Shown here in pieces: positions 26,801-39,800 of a stretch of 64,000 nucleotides of DNA. Numbering within the stretch: the first letter of the stretch is position 1; every line of letters starts with the position of its first letter. A program made the translations under genes and the position numbers. Under the pieces are notes generated by a model that saw nothing but the letters and a program-made list of their open reading frames with translations, had not been told where the DNA came from and did no database searches. The stretch is from Amphiscolops sp. MND2022 (lineage: Eukaryota), in the NCBI GenBank assembly GCA_964187785.1, contig OZ076409.1, positions 1,116,001 through 1,180,000 on the forward strand, read 5' to 3'.

Positions 26801-27970
26801 AGGCAGCTACTAGACCGTTGGCTGTTATCAGATGTAGTGGTACAACGAATAACAGCAAGTTTACACAACTTATACTACTGTCACAGCTAGTTGTTTACAC
26901 AACTGTCAGTCGGTCCGATCCTACCATGCTCATGCATACGGATACCAGTCAGTCCAATCCTACCCCCTAGCAGATTACATTACTATCAGACCGACTATTA
27001 GATCCGACTATACAAACATACAAATATCCGAATTCATCTTTCAGACAACAATGACTACTGTATCAGATGTAATTTAGATGTATGCTGAATTAAATGTGAA
27101 GACTTATCCGTTGAACAAATAAAACGGAATTTATAACAGCATTACGTTAAACCCGTGAACTTTTAAATAATAGATAATATAACGTATCCGTTAATATTCC
27201 GTTAAACGTATTGCAAAAACTGGTCATCGCTGGCGCTATATCCGAATTTTGACGTTACATCCGAAGTGAATTGCGTTTTACAACGAGGTTAATTTTCGAT
27301 TAAGCTCATATTGTTAGCTCATTGAAGGCGGAAAATCTCCCGGTGCATAGAGGGCGGCTCGTATTTAGGAAATAGATTGCCTTACCAACTCGTTAGCAAG
27401 TGAAATTGAGCAAGTTGTCATTGTGGTCCAACGGAACAGGCCAGTAAGTAAGTAGAACACAGAATTCCATAAATTTATAAAGAAACTCGTCATGAAAGAT
27501 GGCAGTGTACCAATAAATTGAATCTTATACTAGGCAACCAAGACTTCTTCCCACATGGAGACTAGAATCTAAAATCCACCCAATTCAAATCGTAATCAAG
27601 TGCTGGGTCCATCCTATTTTAAAGTGATACACCACTTTTAATTTTGATTTGAATTGCTGATGTTTCGATTCAAGTTTCCTTGAGCAGTGAGTTCCAAACG
27701 GAAATGATGCGCTAGAAAATGGAAACTTTCATATTTAAGAAATGGCTAAGAAGTTGAAAAACAAATGTGCAACGAAATCCTCCTCAAAAATTATCCTTAT
27801 TACGTCATTCAAAGGTCAATGCACTGGACCTGTGACTGGGGCTGTTGGGCGACTCGGTACAAGTTGGCCATGTTGGCAGCAGCCACTGCAGCCGCCGCAG
27901 CAGCAGCCGAATTGGGGATGCCAGACATCTGGTTGGGGCCAGCGGCGAAGTTCATGTTGAAGAAGCTCAT
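5807..27970 (-). CDS. ZFR: ZFR/Zn72D-like zinc-finger RNA-binding protein, 5' part (exons 1-6; gene continues left of the window)
   Basis: Phase-consistent manual model: exons 27970-27830, 13386-13202, 11859-11699, 10477-10270, 7463-7290, 6020-5807. Q/A/Y/S/G-rich N-terminus (MSFFNMNF...YPAQYAAAY...) followed by LHYCDVCKISCAGPQTYK, which I recognise as the first U1/matrin-type finger of ZFR. Confidence 0.85.
7977..8745. mobile_element. Mutator/Foldback-like element with inverted arrays of a 15-bp TCATTTCACCCCACG-type unit
   Basis: 9-bp TSD TGTGATAGC at 7968-7976 and 8746-8754; empty site at ~3416-3424 in the other copy; the arrays at the two ends are in opposite orientation. Confidence 0.85.
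9703..10171 (-). mobile_element. Helentron/HINE-like non-autonomous element (dispersed family)
   Basis: On the minus strand: T-run, then AGTCGGCGC subterminal IR, later GCGCCGACT, a short GC hairpin (GCCGTTACCGGC) and TTT. Related copies ~31111-31590, 36315-36632, 39000-39570, 43156-43797, 46270-46545(+), 54526-55114(+). Confidence 0.6.
11216..11285 (+). other. tRNA-derived sequence (SINE head or tRNA pseudogene)
   Basis: A-box TGGCACAGTGG and B-box GGTTCGAATC at tRNA-like spacing; the cloverleaf stems are degenerate. Confidence 0.5.
11463..11634. mobile_element. Tc1/mariner/pogo-type MITE
   Basis: TA-CAGTCAAACTCGGGTAAAAGAAAC ... GTTTCTTTTATCCGAATTCGACTG-TA. Confidence 0.75.
11957..12935. 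mobile_element. Long-TIR palindromic element carrying a nested hAT MITE (12030-12459) and a Tc1-type MITE (~12573-12761)
   Basis: Arms 11957-12029 plus 12460-12550 are inverted relative to ~12780-12935. Nested CAGGGTTCG...CGAACCCTG has an 8-bp TSD TTTTCAAA. Central CAGTCAACTCCGG...CCGGAGTTGACTG. Confidence 0.75.
14836..15013. mobile_element. Tc1/mariner-type MITE
   Basis: TIR CAGTAAACCCTCAATTATCCGCCAC / GTGGCGGATAATCGAGGGTTTACTG; TA TSD. Confidence 0.85.
15826..23610 (-). mobile_element. Decayed BEL/Pao LTR retrotransposon inside ZFR intron 1
   Basis: Gag DUF1759-like segment (FDGEYQNWTLFFEQF...KFKYLK, 22590-23288); integrase core remnants (ALHFETVTDLT...FISRRGVP); DUF5641-like tail (PLRWKLARIEQLYSGND...RPIVKL). 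LTR-like homology 15826-15915 vs 23521-23610; PBS-like TGGTGCAT next to the 5' LTR; purine tract at ~16204-16215. No protease, RT or RNase H visible. Confidence 0.88.
16593..22000. repeat. Tandem array of three ~1.8 kb units (starts 16593, 18401, 20201)
   Basis: AAAACCATGTCGAAGAAAGAAGTCGCGG recurs at ~1800 bp spacing; near-identical ORFs are repeated three times. Confidence 0.97.
25331..25980. mobile_element. Mutator/Foldback-like element with GCGACAACTCATATCA subterminal repeats (60-bp higher-order unit)
   Basis: Flanking direct repeat GATTTCAGAC at 25321-25330 and 25981-25990; the arrays at the two ends are inverted. Confidence 0.85.
26429..27232 (-). mobile_element. Internally deleted hAT transposon retaining a BED-finger-like N-terminal fragment
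   Basis: TIR CAGTGATGACCAGTTT / AAACTGGTCATCGCTG; 8-bp TSD GCGCTATA; ORF 26532-26741 contains YKCNICDKVY. Confidence 0.8.
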
Positions 27971-30887
27971 CTTGCAAGGCAACTCACTCAATTAAACACT
28001 CCACTCTCTAGACCCCCTTCTTCTCTCCAAACAATGTCACAACAGCTTACACACAGGGTGGGTGGTTATCACAAAAGCAACCAACGATAGCAACGTTTGA
28101 GGTTCCTTGTACTCAACAACTGATTGAAAAAAACTTTTGAAAAACTTATAAAAGACAGTTAGTTATGCATTGATTTTGCACGAGAAACCACAAAAGTTTC
28201 CCAATTTCAGCACTCTTGTAAGTATGGCAGCAAAAGCAAAATTCGGAAAAGTGTGAAATTTTGAGCAGGAACAATGTTTTCCTGGTAAGATGTGAAAATG
28301 CCCACCCTGCTGAGGAAAAAGATAAGTTAGGAAGTGATTGAATCAATTGATAACTCTATTCAATTACAAGAGAACATTTGTCTCAAGGTAGAAAGTTAAG
28401 CAGGGTTGATTGAACAGGTACAAAATGGTATTGTCTGGCGTGCGAGCGATGGCGCTATTCTGCAGCAGCGATTTGCTTTGAGTTGAAAGCGTTTTAAAAA
28501 GCGGCGGTTTCAAATCAACTTGAAGCTTCAAATAGCGCCACGGTCACGATTAAAGAATGAAAGTGTCAGCACAGACAAACCAGAAGAAGTCCACAGAATC
28601 TGAAATTCACAAAAAGATCTGCATTAATCGGCCAGGCACTGGGTGCTGAAAACACAAAGGTGTCTGTCTGTAAATCATTAAAGGTCCGTCCATCCTCTAA
28701 AGATTAACGAATCTGCTGCAACTGATTCGATTAATGAGCCTGGAAAACATTTATGACGTACGTTATTAATGCTTCACACAGTGCCTGCGACAGTTTTTCA
28801 ATCTAAGAATTGCTTCATCTCGAGATTACAGTTGAGTTGAGTGACTTGAAACCCACGTTGTTAGGTCACAAGACGTGAATCTTGAAACTAAGAGAGAACG
28901 ATAAAGAAGCAAAGAATATTTGTGACCTCATTGGAATACAAAGTCAAGCCAAAGAAAAGTACTGCTGAAAAACTGTACTTATTTGTACACAATCCTCCAA
29001 AATTAATCTACAATTGTGAAAGTATCAGTATTCCAATGAGTCTCCGATAGAAATACTCTTTGACACAATCATTAGCATAAACACCTGGTCGTTTAATTAA
29101 CTCTAACCATTTATCTACCAATCATATCTTCGCTCGACTTCGGCAACCATTTTTGTTTCGTTTTCCTTTTCAATGAAGACATTGAAGACCTTCTTACTTA
29201 CTGGTGGCATAAGTGAAACCTACAGTTGGTAAAGGTGCTATGCGATGAGATGGAAAGAACAACAAAAAAACTCCAAATTAAAACATCAACAATTGAGCAA
29301 CTCTATTACCAAGTGGAGAGTTATTAGGGTACTATGCCCAGCAGGTATTTCAACTTAAGGTAGTATGTATAGGAAGAATTCACAGCAACACAGAAAATCT
29401 CCACTCAATAATAGCAAGCAAAAGTTGCCGCAACTAGGCCAAACTAATTGAAATCCGCGCTTCTTTTTGAACATTTTACAATTGAGATTCTTTTGGTCGA
29501 ACTTCAAAAACTGTCATACAGTTCCAATTTTTACAATACGCCAGCCTTTCCTCGAGGTTTCAAACATTGTCCGCCAGACAAATCTCCTCACAAAAAAGTA
29601 CCCATTTATTGAACGACCTCTGAGAAAGAACGCGGCGGCTAATGTTCTCTTGAAATTCACTGGTGTGTTCGCTTTCGCCACCGAAAACTGCTGACATTAG
29701 CAGAGGATTTGCGAAATTTGTCGGAATTCACGGTTCATTAACTGTAAGGTTAATCAGCAACAGGGACCGGAAAATTTACCTAAACCAAGGGGTTTCCCAA
29801 ATTATTTTTCACCAATATCGCCGCCGATAATATTTTGACTCAATTCACGTAAAAATTTCATTCATTGGCGACATGATGTATTCACAGATTTCCTTGATTG
29901 TTTTTCAGTTTCCCGACGCAGGGTTGAACCTTGAATGTGTTTTGACCTTTTTTACGTTCTTAATGACCTTTGAAGGCGCCTATTTGGCGTTTATAATGAC
30001 CTAAAATTCCGATCCCTGATGAGTAATCACAACAACAAATTTGGATTCCAGAAGTAACTCCGATTTGCATGAAGAGAAAGGGTTTGTTAACTTCATGTAA
30101 CTTCTAACGTAGGATTGAATTGACCCATTAACATGACATAATAAAAACTAGGCAAAAATGGACCATTACCTCATCTGTTTCATTTTTCTCACACTTCCAA
30201 AGACTTTTTCCAATAAACCCTGTCAGCTAAAGGAGCTTCCATGAAAAACACACACGTTATATATGTGTGACATCCAGTCAAATGATTTACAAGATTATAA
30301 TAAACTGTATCTGCAAAATTGGTCATATAGAAATAACAAATTAGACCAGGTTCTAGCTAAAAATATCACAATTCTACCAAAAAAAATGAACGAGCGGTCG
30401 TCATAAATAGTGAAGTATAATTATGAAATTAAAGTATATCTAAGTTTAGCAACAGTGATGATTTAATGATAACTATAGTACTTTCTCATAGAAAATATTG
30501 CTTCTTGTATATAATTTCTATAACTACAGATTGGGTATTAATGATTGCAAAATTCAATTGAAATGGCTTGAAATGTGACACTTATAAGGAGGTCAGGTCA
30601 ACTGAGAGGTGTAGTGTAGAATTGCACCAAATATTGCAGCTAGGTCAGGTGAGGTCATTGTGTGTCAAGATAGATAAAGCGCCGCATTGTGTGCCAAATA
30701 AAGCAATGATACAAAAAGTAAACTAACAGCATGGATGGTGCTCACACCTACATGAGCAAAATTGAAGCATTTAGTTAGCTCACAACAGAATTTATTTAGA
30801 AGCACAGATGAGTTAGCTTAACTACACCATCGATACATGCAAATGGTTTTTCAACACCGAAGTTAAAAAAGTTGGCAGCTGATTTTT

Positions 30888-33800
30888 TCATGCTTCAGAG
30901 AAGTTGAATCTCTTCGAGGTGCTTCCGCCGTCAGCCGCTCCTGCTGCTGAGTTCAAGTTGATCGTCTGCTGTAGAACAGTCGAGGTGGGTTTGCGGTACA
31001 AACTGAGGTTCTTGCCACCCCAAGAGGAGGAAGAGGAGGCCTTGTTTCTCTTCTTCATGCTCGCCTTGTTGGCAACAGCGCCACTCGCCTGTACAAACCA
31101 TCCATCAGAAAAACAAGCCGGGACCGGCCCAAGTCGGCGCCATATCTAAGGCTCAAAAATAGCAAAAGGCTTCAAAATGTCAAAGTATTGGTGAATTGGG
31201 GACCCTTTTATGAAAAAAAATTGAAAAAAAAGTCTCACAATGCCGAAAAAACTGAAAGGGGAGACCCTTAGTGATTTTTAAACATCCATTCTATCGCAAA
31301 ACTCAAAAAATTGAAGGGGACCCTTTGGTGGAAAAAAAATTCGAAAGTCCCACAATGCCGAAAAAATTAAAAGTCTCGGTCGGTAATGTCTGTTACGCGG
31401 AAAAAAAAGAAAAACATTTTTGGTTCAGTTCGCTAGGCTAAATGGTTCAATTTGACATAATAAAATTTTGTAGAACTTTTGGAAGAACTATTTTGGTCAT
31501 TTCAGGTGTATCGAAAAAAATTTAAATACTGACGAAAAGCCATGACTATAGCAGCAGAGTTTATTCCCTAGAAAAGCGCCGACTAAAAAACACAAGTTGC
31601 ACTTCCGGGTTACACCTCAAAATCTAAGCTCAAATGTCCCGAATGAAAATCTATATAAAATGGAGTCGAAACATTGGTTTTGCGCCACTCCAGGTCGGCC
31701 TTCGTCACAACCATTCGCTCGACTAGTAGTGGCGGCACGTCGCTCCGCTTCACTTCGCCCTTGCATTTGGGGCAGTATTTTTACTAGCGGTATTTGAACG
31801 CAGCTAAATACGATTCTCTAATTTAAGAGATTTTAACCTGGAAGAAATTAACTTTTGACCTGATACCGGACTTCCGACAACTTTTGAAAACCGGCCCAAT
31901 TTCACTGTTTCAAGCACACACGTTAGGTTTGAATAGTAAGTGTTGATTCACATGTAAGCCTTTTTGAATCTTTTCCATCTTTTGGCTCTTTTGTTTTCCC
32001 TCCCACCACCAATTTTTTCTGGGAAAATTGCGAAAATATTATAACAAAAAAACTTCAATACAAACCAGAAAGCTTCAATTTCAAATTTATTCTCAGGGTG
32101 ACAGTTTAGAATTGAGAAATGAACTTTGTTCACACTTTTACCTATGTAGTCACGTATTTTTGATGAAGAAATCAACAGCTTCCCGTTTTGAGTCATCAAT
32201 AAACATTTAATACGAACAATCATAGTCAAAATGTGCGAACAATGTTTTGTTCAAGCAAAAAACTGTTCTAATGACGTTAACTTCCCGTTATGAAAGACGG
32301 TTTTACTTTTAATTAAGCTAGTGTAAAGTTTTTATGCAAACTTGCTTTCATATTTTTGGTGGTGGGAGGTGGGGAGGAGGAGGTGAGACAGTTTGCAACA
32401 ATAATGCATTGCTTTGCAAGATCTTGCAAGATATTTTGAAGAATTACATTTTTTTTAAACCTAGGCAAGTCACCACTATCTATAGTCTGCCCTTCTACGA
32501 AAGCCTTCTCCGACTAAAAACGTGAAGAGGTACTACCTTTCTTCTGGCCTGTATGTGCGCAGAGCTAGAGATGGACGTCTTCTTGCTATTGGACGAGGAG
32601 ATGGACCAATTGGATCTGGACACGTAGAGACTTCTCCATATCTGGATCCACTGTTTCCTGGCGTCGGGCGGGGACACGCAGTATACCACGAAGACGTAGA
32701 GGCCTTGGCCCGCGACAGAGATGGTGTAGAGCACGTGGGAGAAGACTTCGAAGCTGGTGACTAGCGAGGGTCCCTTCGAGGTGTAGTTGATGATGCTGAA
32801 GCCGGAGGACACCGAAGACATCACCAGGATGGCGAACAGACCCCCACATGCCTGTACCACGCTTACTCACTTAACCTTAAATTGGCCAGGAAAGTTCTTG
32901 TTCCATCCAAAAATCGGGTGCTTCAACTTTAAACCGCAATATCTCCTGAACTATTCAAGTCCGAAAAACGATTTATACAGCGTTCGAAAGAGGAGCATCA
33001 AGGCTTTCGAATCAATTTTTAAACTGCTGGGTCCGGACTTTGCGCCAAAACTTTGCACGCATCGTGTCTCTGCTTGCTTTTCAGCATGTTTCAAAACATT
33101 CTGAGGCCGCTTTGACCCAATGTTGACACCAGTGGGTTAAAAGGGCCAGAAACAAAAACTGGGAAAATGGAAAATCTGCAGTTATTTTTTTTTGAATTTT
33201 TTGTCTCATTTTCTGAGTTTTGGAGACATCACGTCAATAATCCGTGAAAAGGCGCCGAATGCTATGCAATATTGTCTGAAAATCTTATTCAAGAGTTTGC
33301 TTTACCATACAATCAGCTGATGCGTTTAGAATTTGCAGAAAATAAATGTGCCAAATTTGGCACATTGGTCAAGTTAAGGTTAACCAACCAACACACTCAA
33401 CATTGGAACATTACAGCAGAGTAGTATAAGGAATCCCCATGCGGCTCAGTTACGATTTTCCGAGTCTTGCTACAAACATCAAAAATAGTATGTTTCAAAG
33501 CAAAAACATCAAAAGTTTGGGGTTTGTTTGATCTGAAGCGGCATTCCTCTTGCTACTCAAACATCAAAAATAAGTCCGCTCCAGATCAAGCAGACACTAA
33601 AAATAATCTGACCTTGAGGTGCATTTGACTGCACCAAAATTTTATTTTTCATTTTTCTCTATCGTGAATCGAAGAATATGTCTATGTCTGAAAAAATAAC
33701 AAATGAATTATCTATCATTCAAAGAATTTGTTCATATATATATGGATTGAAAGATGAAGCAACTTCTAATGTAAAAATGAGAAAAAACTTGAGCTTTATT

Positions 33801-36800
33801 TGCATCTGGAAACAACATTTTCAACATTCAACAGATTAGCTCAAACTTCATCGATTAATCCAAAATGAGTTACCAGATTTCTCATATTGGCAAACATTCT
33901 TTTTGGTGAACGTGGTCGAATTCTCATCCTAGGGGGTTCCCTAAGCCCAACTTTTCAGGGGCTGAAAAGTGTGGTTTCCAGGGTTACCCCGGCTAAGATG
34001 AAGCGCTTTATTCTCTTCGAAAATAACTGCTGATTGTTTAGTTTTTTTTGTTTTTTTCTCTTTTTACAATGATCACTGCCATACATGCCTGCGGTTTTAA
34101 GGTCTTAGACACAGGTCATGATATCGAGGTACATCGCCGTCGCTTTCCAACCTGAAAACAATTTTTCATTGAAAAATACCACCTCAATTACTAAATTACA
34201 CACAAGAAACCTGGAATAGTTTAAATTTTTTTTCTCATTTAGCCAGGGTCCGACTGGATTGGTATTGTTATGCTGTTCGGGCCCTCTTCAAACGTGATTG
34301 TTGCTACTGATTCGACGAATCAACTGTATGTTTTCCCATGTTTTGAAGAAACTATAATGATGATGATAATAATAGTAAGCGTGGTGTGTGGGTGTCGTTC
34401 CTTGATCTCGTTCCAGAGCAGGCGTCTGGGCTCGGAGATGTGCAGTTCGTGCTGGCTGAAGTAGAACTTGGCGGCCATGCAGTACAGAACGAGGTTCAGC
34501 AGGGCGGCCAGGGCGATCGGCAGCACGAACAGGTACAGGTGCGTGATCGAGGGAAACATGCACACCCAGTCACATCCTGGTCACACAGCACCGCACATCA
34601 CACTCCACAATCAACACAAAAAAATACATCGCTGAAAATTTATGTTTTGTCATTTTTTCGAGAAAGTCGCATAGTGCCGCCGAAAAGGAACTTTCAGTCC
34701 GCAAAACTACCTTTTCCCGAGCCGAAATGAGCCATGAAAGAGGGAGGGTACTCTTTGACCAAATTGAAAGTTTTGGAAAAAGACGCACAGAGCCGAGAAA
34801 CCAAGAAACGTATATCCGGTATATGTTATATGCGGTTTGCGTTAATCCGGCATGGGTTGTGCTATTGCCAGAGGGGACTCCTTTACAGCTTAACTGTATT
34901 ATGTGGATGGCCAAAAAGGACTTTGCCAAAATAGAAGAACTGTTGGTGGAACAATTTTGGAGAGTTCAGGTGTATCGAAAAAAACTGACAATCACTGTAC
35001 AAGTTTACATAGCCTTTATTTATTCTCGGACTAAAAAAACTACTGAGCTTATACGAAGTTTCGCATTTGAATGCAGGCGAAGCTATACAAACTTATAATT
35101 ACCACTAATTCGCGTCATCTCAATAAATTCGGCGTACGAATGCATAATTAGAACTCGCTCGTTCCATCACACGAGAATTGAAATGTTGTCGGCAGCTTGA
35201 GAAATTTAATTCTCACGCTTATAGTCACTGTCGAACAAAATATCTGAATTATTCAGTATCATGCGAAGAATTTTACTGAAAAAAAGTAGACATCTTCAGA
35301 TTTCAATCATATTCGTGCTATCGCAGAAATAATAAAAAAACAAAAAAATCGTGTATCCTGTCCAATTCACCGGTGTGGTGTGAAGTGGGGATGAAAGAGA
35401 CGAGACGGACCATGGAAGGTGCCGGTGAAGAGTTCGGGACTGACGGCCACGGGGATGAAGACGATGGCGGCGGGCAGCCCCAGCCCCACGATGAGCGCCT
35501 TGCGCATGAAGCCGTCCATGTGGGCGGGGAAGATGCCCAGCATGACCAGGTACAGGTTGAAGGCCTCGATGCTGCACCAGGTCAGGGTCACCAGGGTGAG
35601 GTACACCCGCATCACCAGCGCGAACTGACACCCCATCGAGGTGGACACGAAGAACATGGTGATGCACATGGTCAGGATGTACAGCGAGGAACACGTGCAC
35701 AGAGTCAGCAGAATCTTGGTCGGCGTCCGTTCTGATCGGATGATCCGCGCCCACAGATGATGCACATTTAACTAATTTTTAAATGTTGAAAAAAAATTGT
35801 TACCGAAACGAATTCTTTTCCATAACGTTTTCAACAAGTGTGTACGCTTGGCTCAGGGTTTTCACACCGCTAATTTGTTCCGTTAATCGCTAAACCGCTA
35901 CGAGTAATTTGAAAATCCGTTCCGCTGAAAAAAATTAATGTTTAACTTCAACTATATGTCAAAATTGAATGATAACCCAATTTAGTTTTGCAAGAAAAAC
36001 AGACTGGAAGTTTTCATACTCATGGGTAAGAGTTGGAAATTTTTTGAAATTCATGTTGAAACCCCTGTAAGATACTGCGGAAATTTTCATTTCGGATATT
36101 CTATTAACGCTAATTTTAGTCGCTAATGACATCGCTGAAAAAATCGCAAACTTGCTAACTAGCGAAGTCAAAACTCTGGCTTGGCACAGCAGTATATACA
36201 ATTTCGTCAAAACCTCTCTAGACTTGTTGGTCACTTTGCATTTTCCTTAGAGCAAATACAAGTATGGAAATTGTTCCGTAGCAACCGACGACTTCAGTCT
36301 TGAGGTAAACTGGGAACAAGACGGGAATTTCTAAATTCGGCGCTATATCTAAGGCTCAAAAAGCGCAGATTTGAAATATGCATAGGACGTTTTCATGAAA
36401 AACTCCTGTTTTCGGACCTCCGCCTCCTCCTTACAAAAACGCAAAATAGTTCGGATATAACTTCAAAAGTTCGGATATAGCGCTTAACTCCGGATATTAC
36501 GAGGGGTACTTCAAAAAATTGAAGGGGGGAGACCCTTTGGAGACAAAAAAAATCGCAGCGTGAAATCTTAAAGAAAAAAACGAGTGACTATGATAGTCGG
36601 GCTCTTTTATTGATAAAAGCGCCGACTAAAAATGTCAAGACTACTATAAAATAATATGTGTGCCATCATCCCTGTTCGCAGTTTGGGGAAGAGTCCGTAA
36701 GTAGCAAGAGTCGCAAGAAGACAAATGAGAGACAGAAGGTAAGACAGAAAATCCAGAGTAGCCAAAGAGGGGTAGAAGACGAGGGAAGATTCTTTCACAG

Positions 36801-39800
36801 GCTCCATTCTGTTGTAGTCTCTGTGCAATCTCAGAACTTCCGTTTTCAGACGACTATAAAGCGCGTCTTTGAATGACCCCTTGAAAACACTACTGCTGCT
36901 GCTGCTATGTTGGGTGTCAACGCTATTTGCACTAGAGATTCCGTCGCTAATCAACTTCATTTCGTTTCCCGCGTCAGAGAGCAAGACTACAAAAGACCTG
37001 CCGAAGTTTTCAGACAGATCGAAAACACAGCTTTGGTTGGCGGCAGCTACACTGAGAAGCTGTTTACTCAAGAGAAACTCACTGGTCGTGGTGAAATAAC
37101 ACTTCGAAGTTGAAACAGGCACTTTCAGTTTGAGCCACCCTGAGTGCGAAACGTTATCCCACGTTTGAGCAAGCAGAAGCTTGGTTAAACCCAATGACGC
37201 AACATTTCTATCAAAGGTGTAAACTCCAGAGAGCAAAGCGTCTACGCTGCAAGGTCCACTGCAGGCATTTATTGTGGCGCAGTTGATTTTATGACAAGCA
37301 TCGTGTTCTTTATCTACCACGCAGCAATTCTTGAAACCATCATTCTCGGCTGAGAAGTTCTCGACAACGTTCCAAAAACAATTGCTATCAGCCAAACCGG
37401 TCAGCGACAAAAGCAGTTCGCTGAAAAACTCGTCTTTCTGGTTCAAAACCTCGCAGCTGTTGATCATCCACTCCAGAAGTTTGAGCGACAGTTGCAGCGA
37501 ATAGGAGCAAACCTTGTTGCTGTAGCCGTAATCGAGAGTCGCGTTGCTCAGCAAGTTGAATTGCATCAAAGCATCGCGACACATTTCATTGGACAGTCTG
37601 AGATTGCTGCTGGGTTTGTGGGCGGCGGGCACGGCGGGAATTTGCTGGAGGAAGGTTGAGAATATTCTAGAATGACTCTGGCCCAACAGCGTGACTCGGT
37701 AGCGGACCTCGTTGAGAAACTGCATGTTGGGGTCCGAGAGGGCGCAAGAGTCTATCTTGATCTTGTCAGACTGGGCGGACCAAGAAGTGCGCGAACAGTC
37801 CACCTTGGGGTCATCTTCGTCCTCGCCGCCACACTGACCACAGAGCCAGTAGCCGTACGCAGTCATGCTCCTGTTCCACGCTGCCCCGTGTGGGCATCTG
37901 AACAAACAAACAAACATGCAAACGGTTGTTTTAGGTACAGAAACGTCCTGAAATATTGCATCTCCATTGCTCAAAATAGCAAATTTCAACCACAGATATC
38001 TTGAAGACTGCTAGGAATAAGGAAAACTGTCAAAAGTTTTCAAAAAGTGTTTCAAAAGTGTTTGAGTTAGAAATTGTAAATTTCGGCAAAATGTAGTCAA
38101 TTGTGCATTTTTTCTCAAATTTCAATATTTTTAATTTTGAGCTACTCAATTTTCAGGATAACTCGAATTTCAATTATACTTTCTTGAAATTAGCAAACAT
38201 CAAACCAAAATTTTTGTAAACTAGATGAAATTCTGAGAAACTTTTGCAGCAGGTAAATTCTGTATTTGTGAGTTTACGAGATAAACTGGTAGCCTAGCAC
38301 CAATTATGTCTTCATGAAAGTAAGCAGTGATGTGAATCAACCAATCAGCGCAGGGACGGAAATCAGAGTACCTGAAGACGGCGAATGCCGAGGTGGGTGC
38401 CGAGTAGATGGCCAGGGGTCCCAGCAGGCGGTGGGAGGCGTTGAAGCTGGCACACAGGTCCTGTCTGCAGGCGGGCGGCCGGTTCTCTGGCGTGTACAGG
38501 AACGCGCCCCAGTTCCAGTCGTGCCACCGCCCGTGCTCACTGTTCACATGACGTCATCAGTCAGTATTGTGCTTGCTTGCTTCTCAACCAATTCACAACA
38601 AATGCTCTTCTTCAAAACCAAATCACATTCAAAATCCAGACAAATTATGCAAATCACATGGTTATTATTTCGCACCATTTTGTGTCAAACAGAAGTGTTC
38701 GGATTAAAGTTGTGTACTCCTGTTTGTGCGAAAAGTTTTGGACAATGATTTTTCCAGAATTATCGGAAACCAGCAAAAATTCGGGGAAAATCTTTTAGGC
38801 AAAAGTTTCTTGAAATTCTTGCTAGAACCTTTTGGATGATCTTTTTTTTTCAAATTGAGAAATAGTAAGAGAGGTATCTTTGTCGGAAAGGTTTCACGTT
38901 TGCGGAGAAAAATCTCGAACATCTTAAGTCGGCGCCCCACTTTAGGCTGGAAAAGCACTGTCCATATGCCAAAAAGCTGTTTTTACGATAAGTTTGAACA
39001 AGTCGGGAACGTTCCAAGTCGGCGTCATATCCAAGGCTCAAAAATATTCAATGAACAACTATTGTGAAATTTTTCAATTATCACACAGTGCCGAAAAATA
39101 CCCGAAAGGGGTTCCCCGAAACTCGAAAAAGCTTTTTTTCTGTAATGAAAACATCAGAAAAAACTAACTTGCCTTTGAAAAAATTGGTTAAAAAAGTCGC
39201 ATATTGCCGAAAAACCCAAAGAAAGACCCTTTAGGCTCATAAAACGCTTTTTACAAACCGAAAGCCTCAAAAACAATTCAAGGGGTACCCTTTGAAAGAA
39301 TTCAAAAATTTTCCGAAAAAAGCCGCATAGTGCCAAAAAAACCCAAAGGGGGACCCTTTGGTCTTTCCTCTACTTTTGGAAGCATAACAAAATTTTGTGG
39401 TTTAGTACGAGACTCGAACCCACGCTCTCCTGCTTCTCAGACCCCAGAAAATTAGCCGGCCAAATAGTTGAACAAATGAACAAAAAAGTGGACGGAACGC
39501 GTTGAACTGACGAAAAAAACTAGCCATTGTAAGAGTCGTGCATTTTCTTCGAAAACGCCAACTTAAAATCTAAAGACTGCCGAAAAATAATCAAAGGGAC
39601 CGTTTGGACAAAAAAGACTAAAAATTTTCGAGACCAAAGAGGGAACCTTTTGGTCAATGATGTTTTATATTTTATTTTATATAATTAAAAATGTGAAAAA
39701 ACCAAGGGAGAGCCCCTTGGCTTATTCGGGAACCCTAGAGCGAAAAGTCAGTGAAATTGGACCACTTGTCAGTTAGTTAAAAGTCGGGCACACTTGTTGA

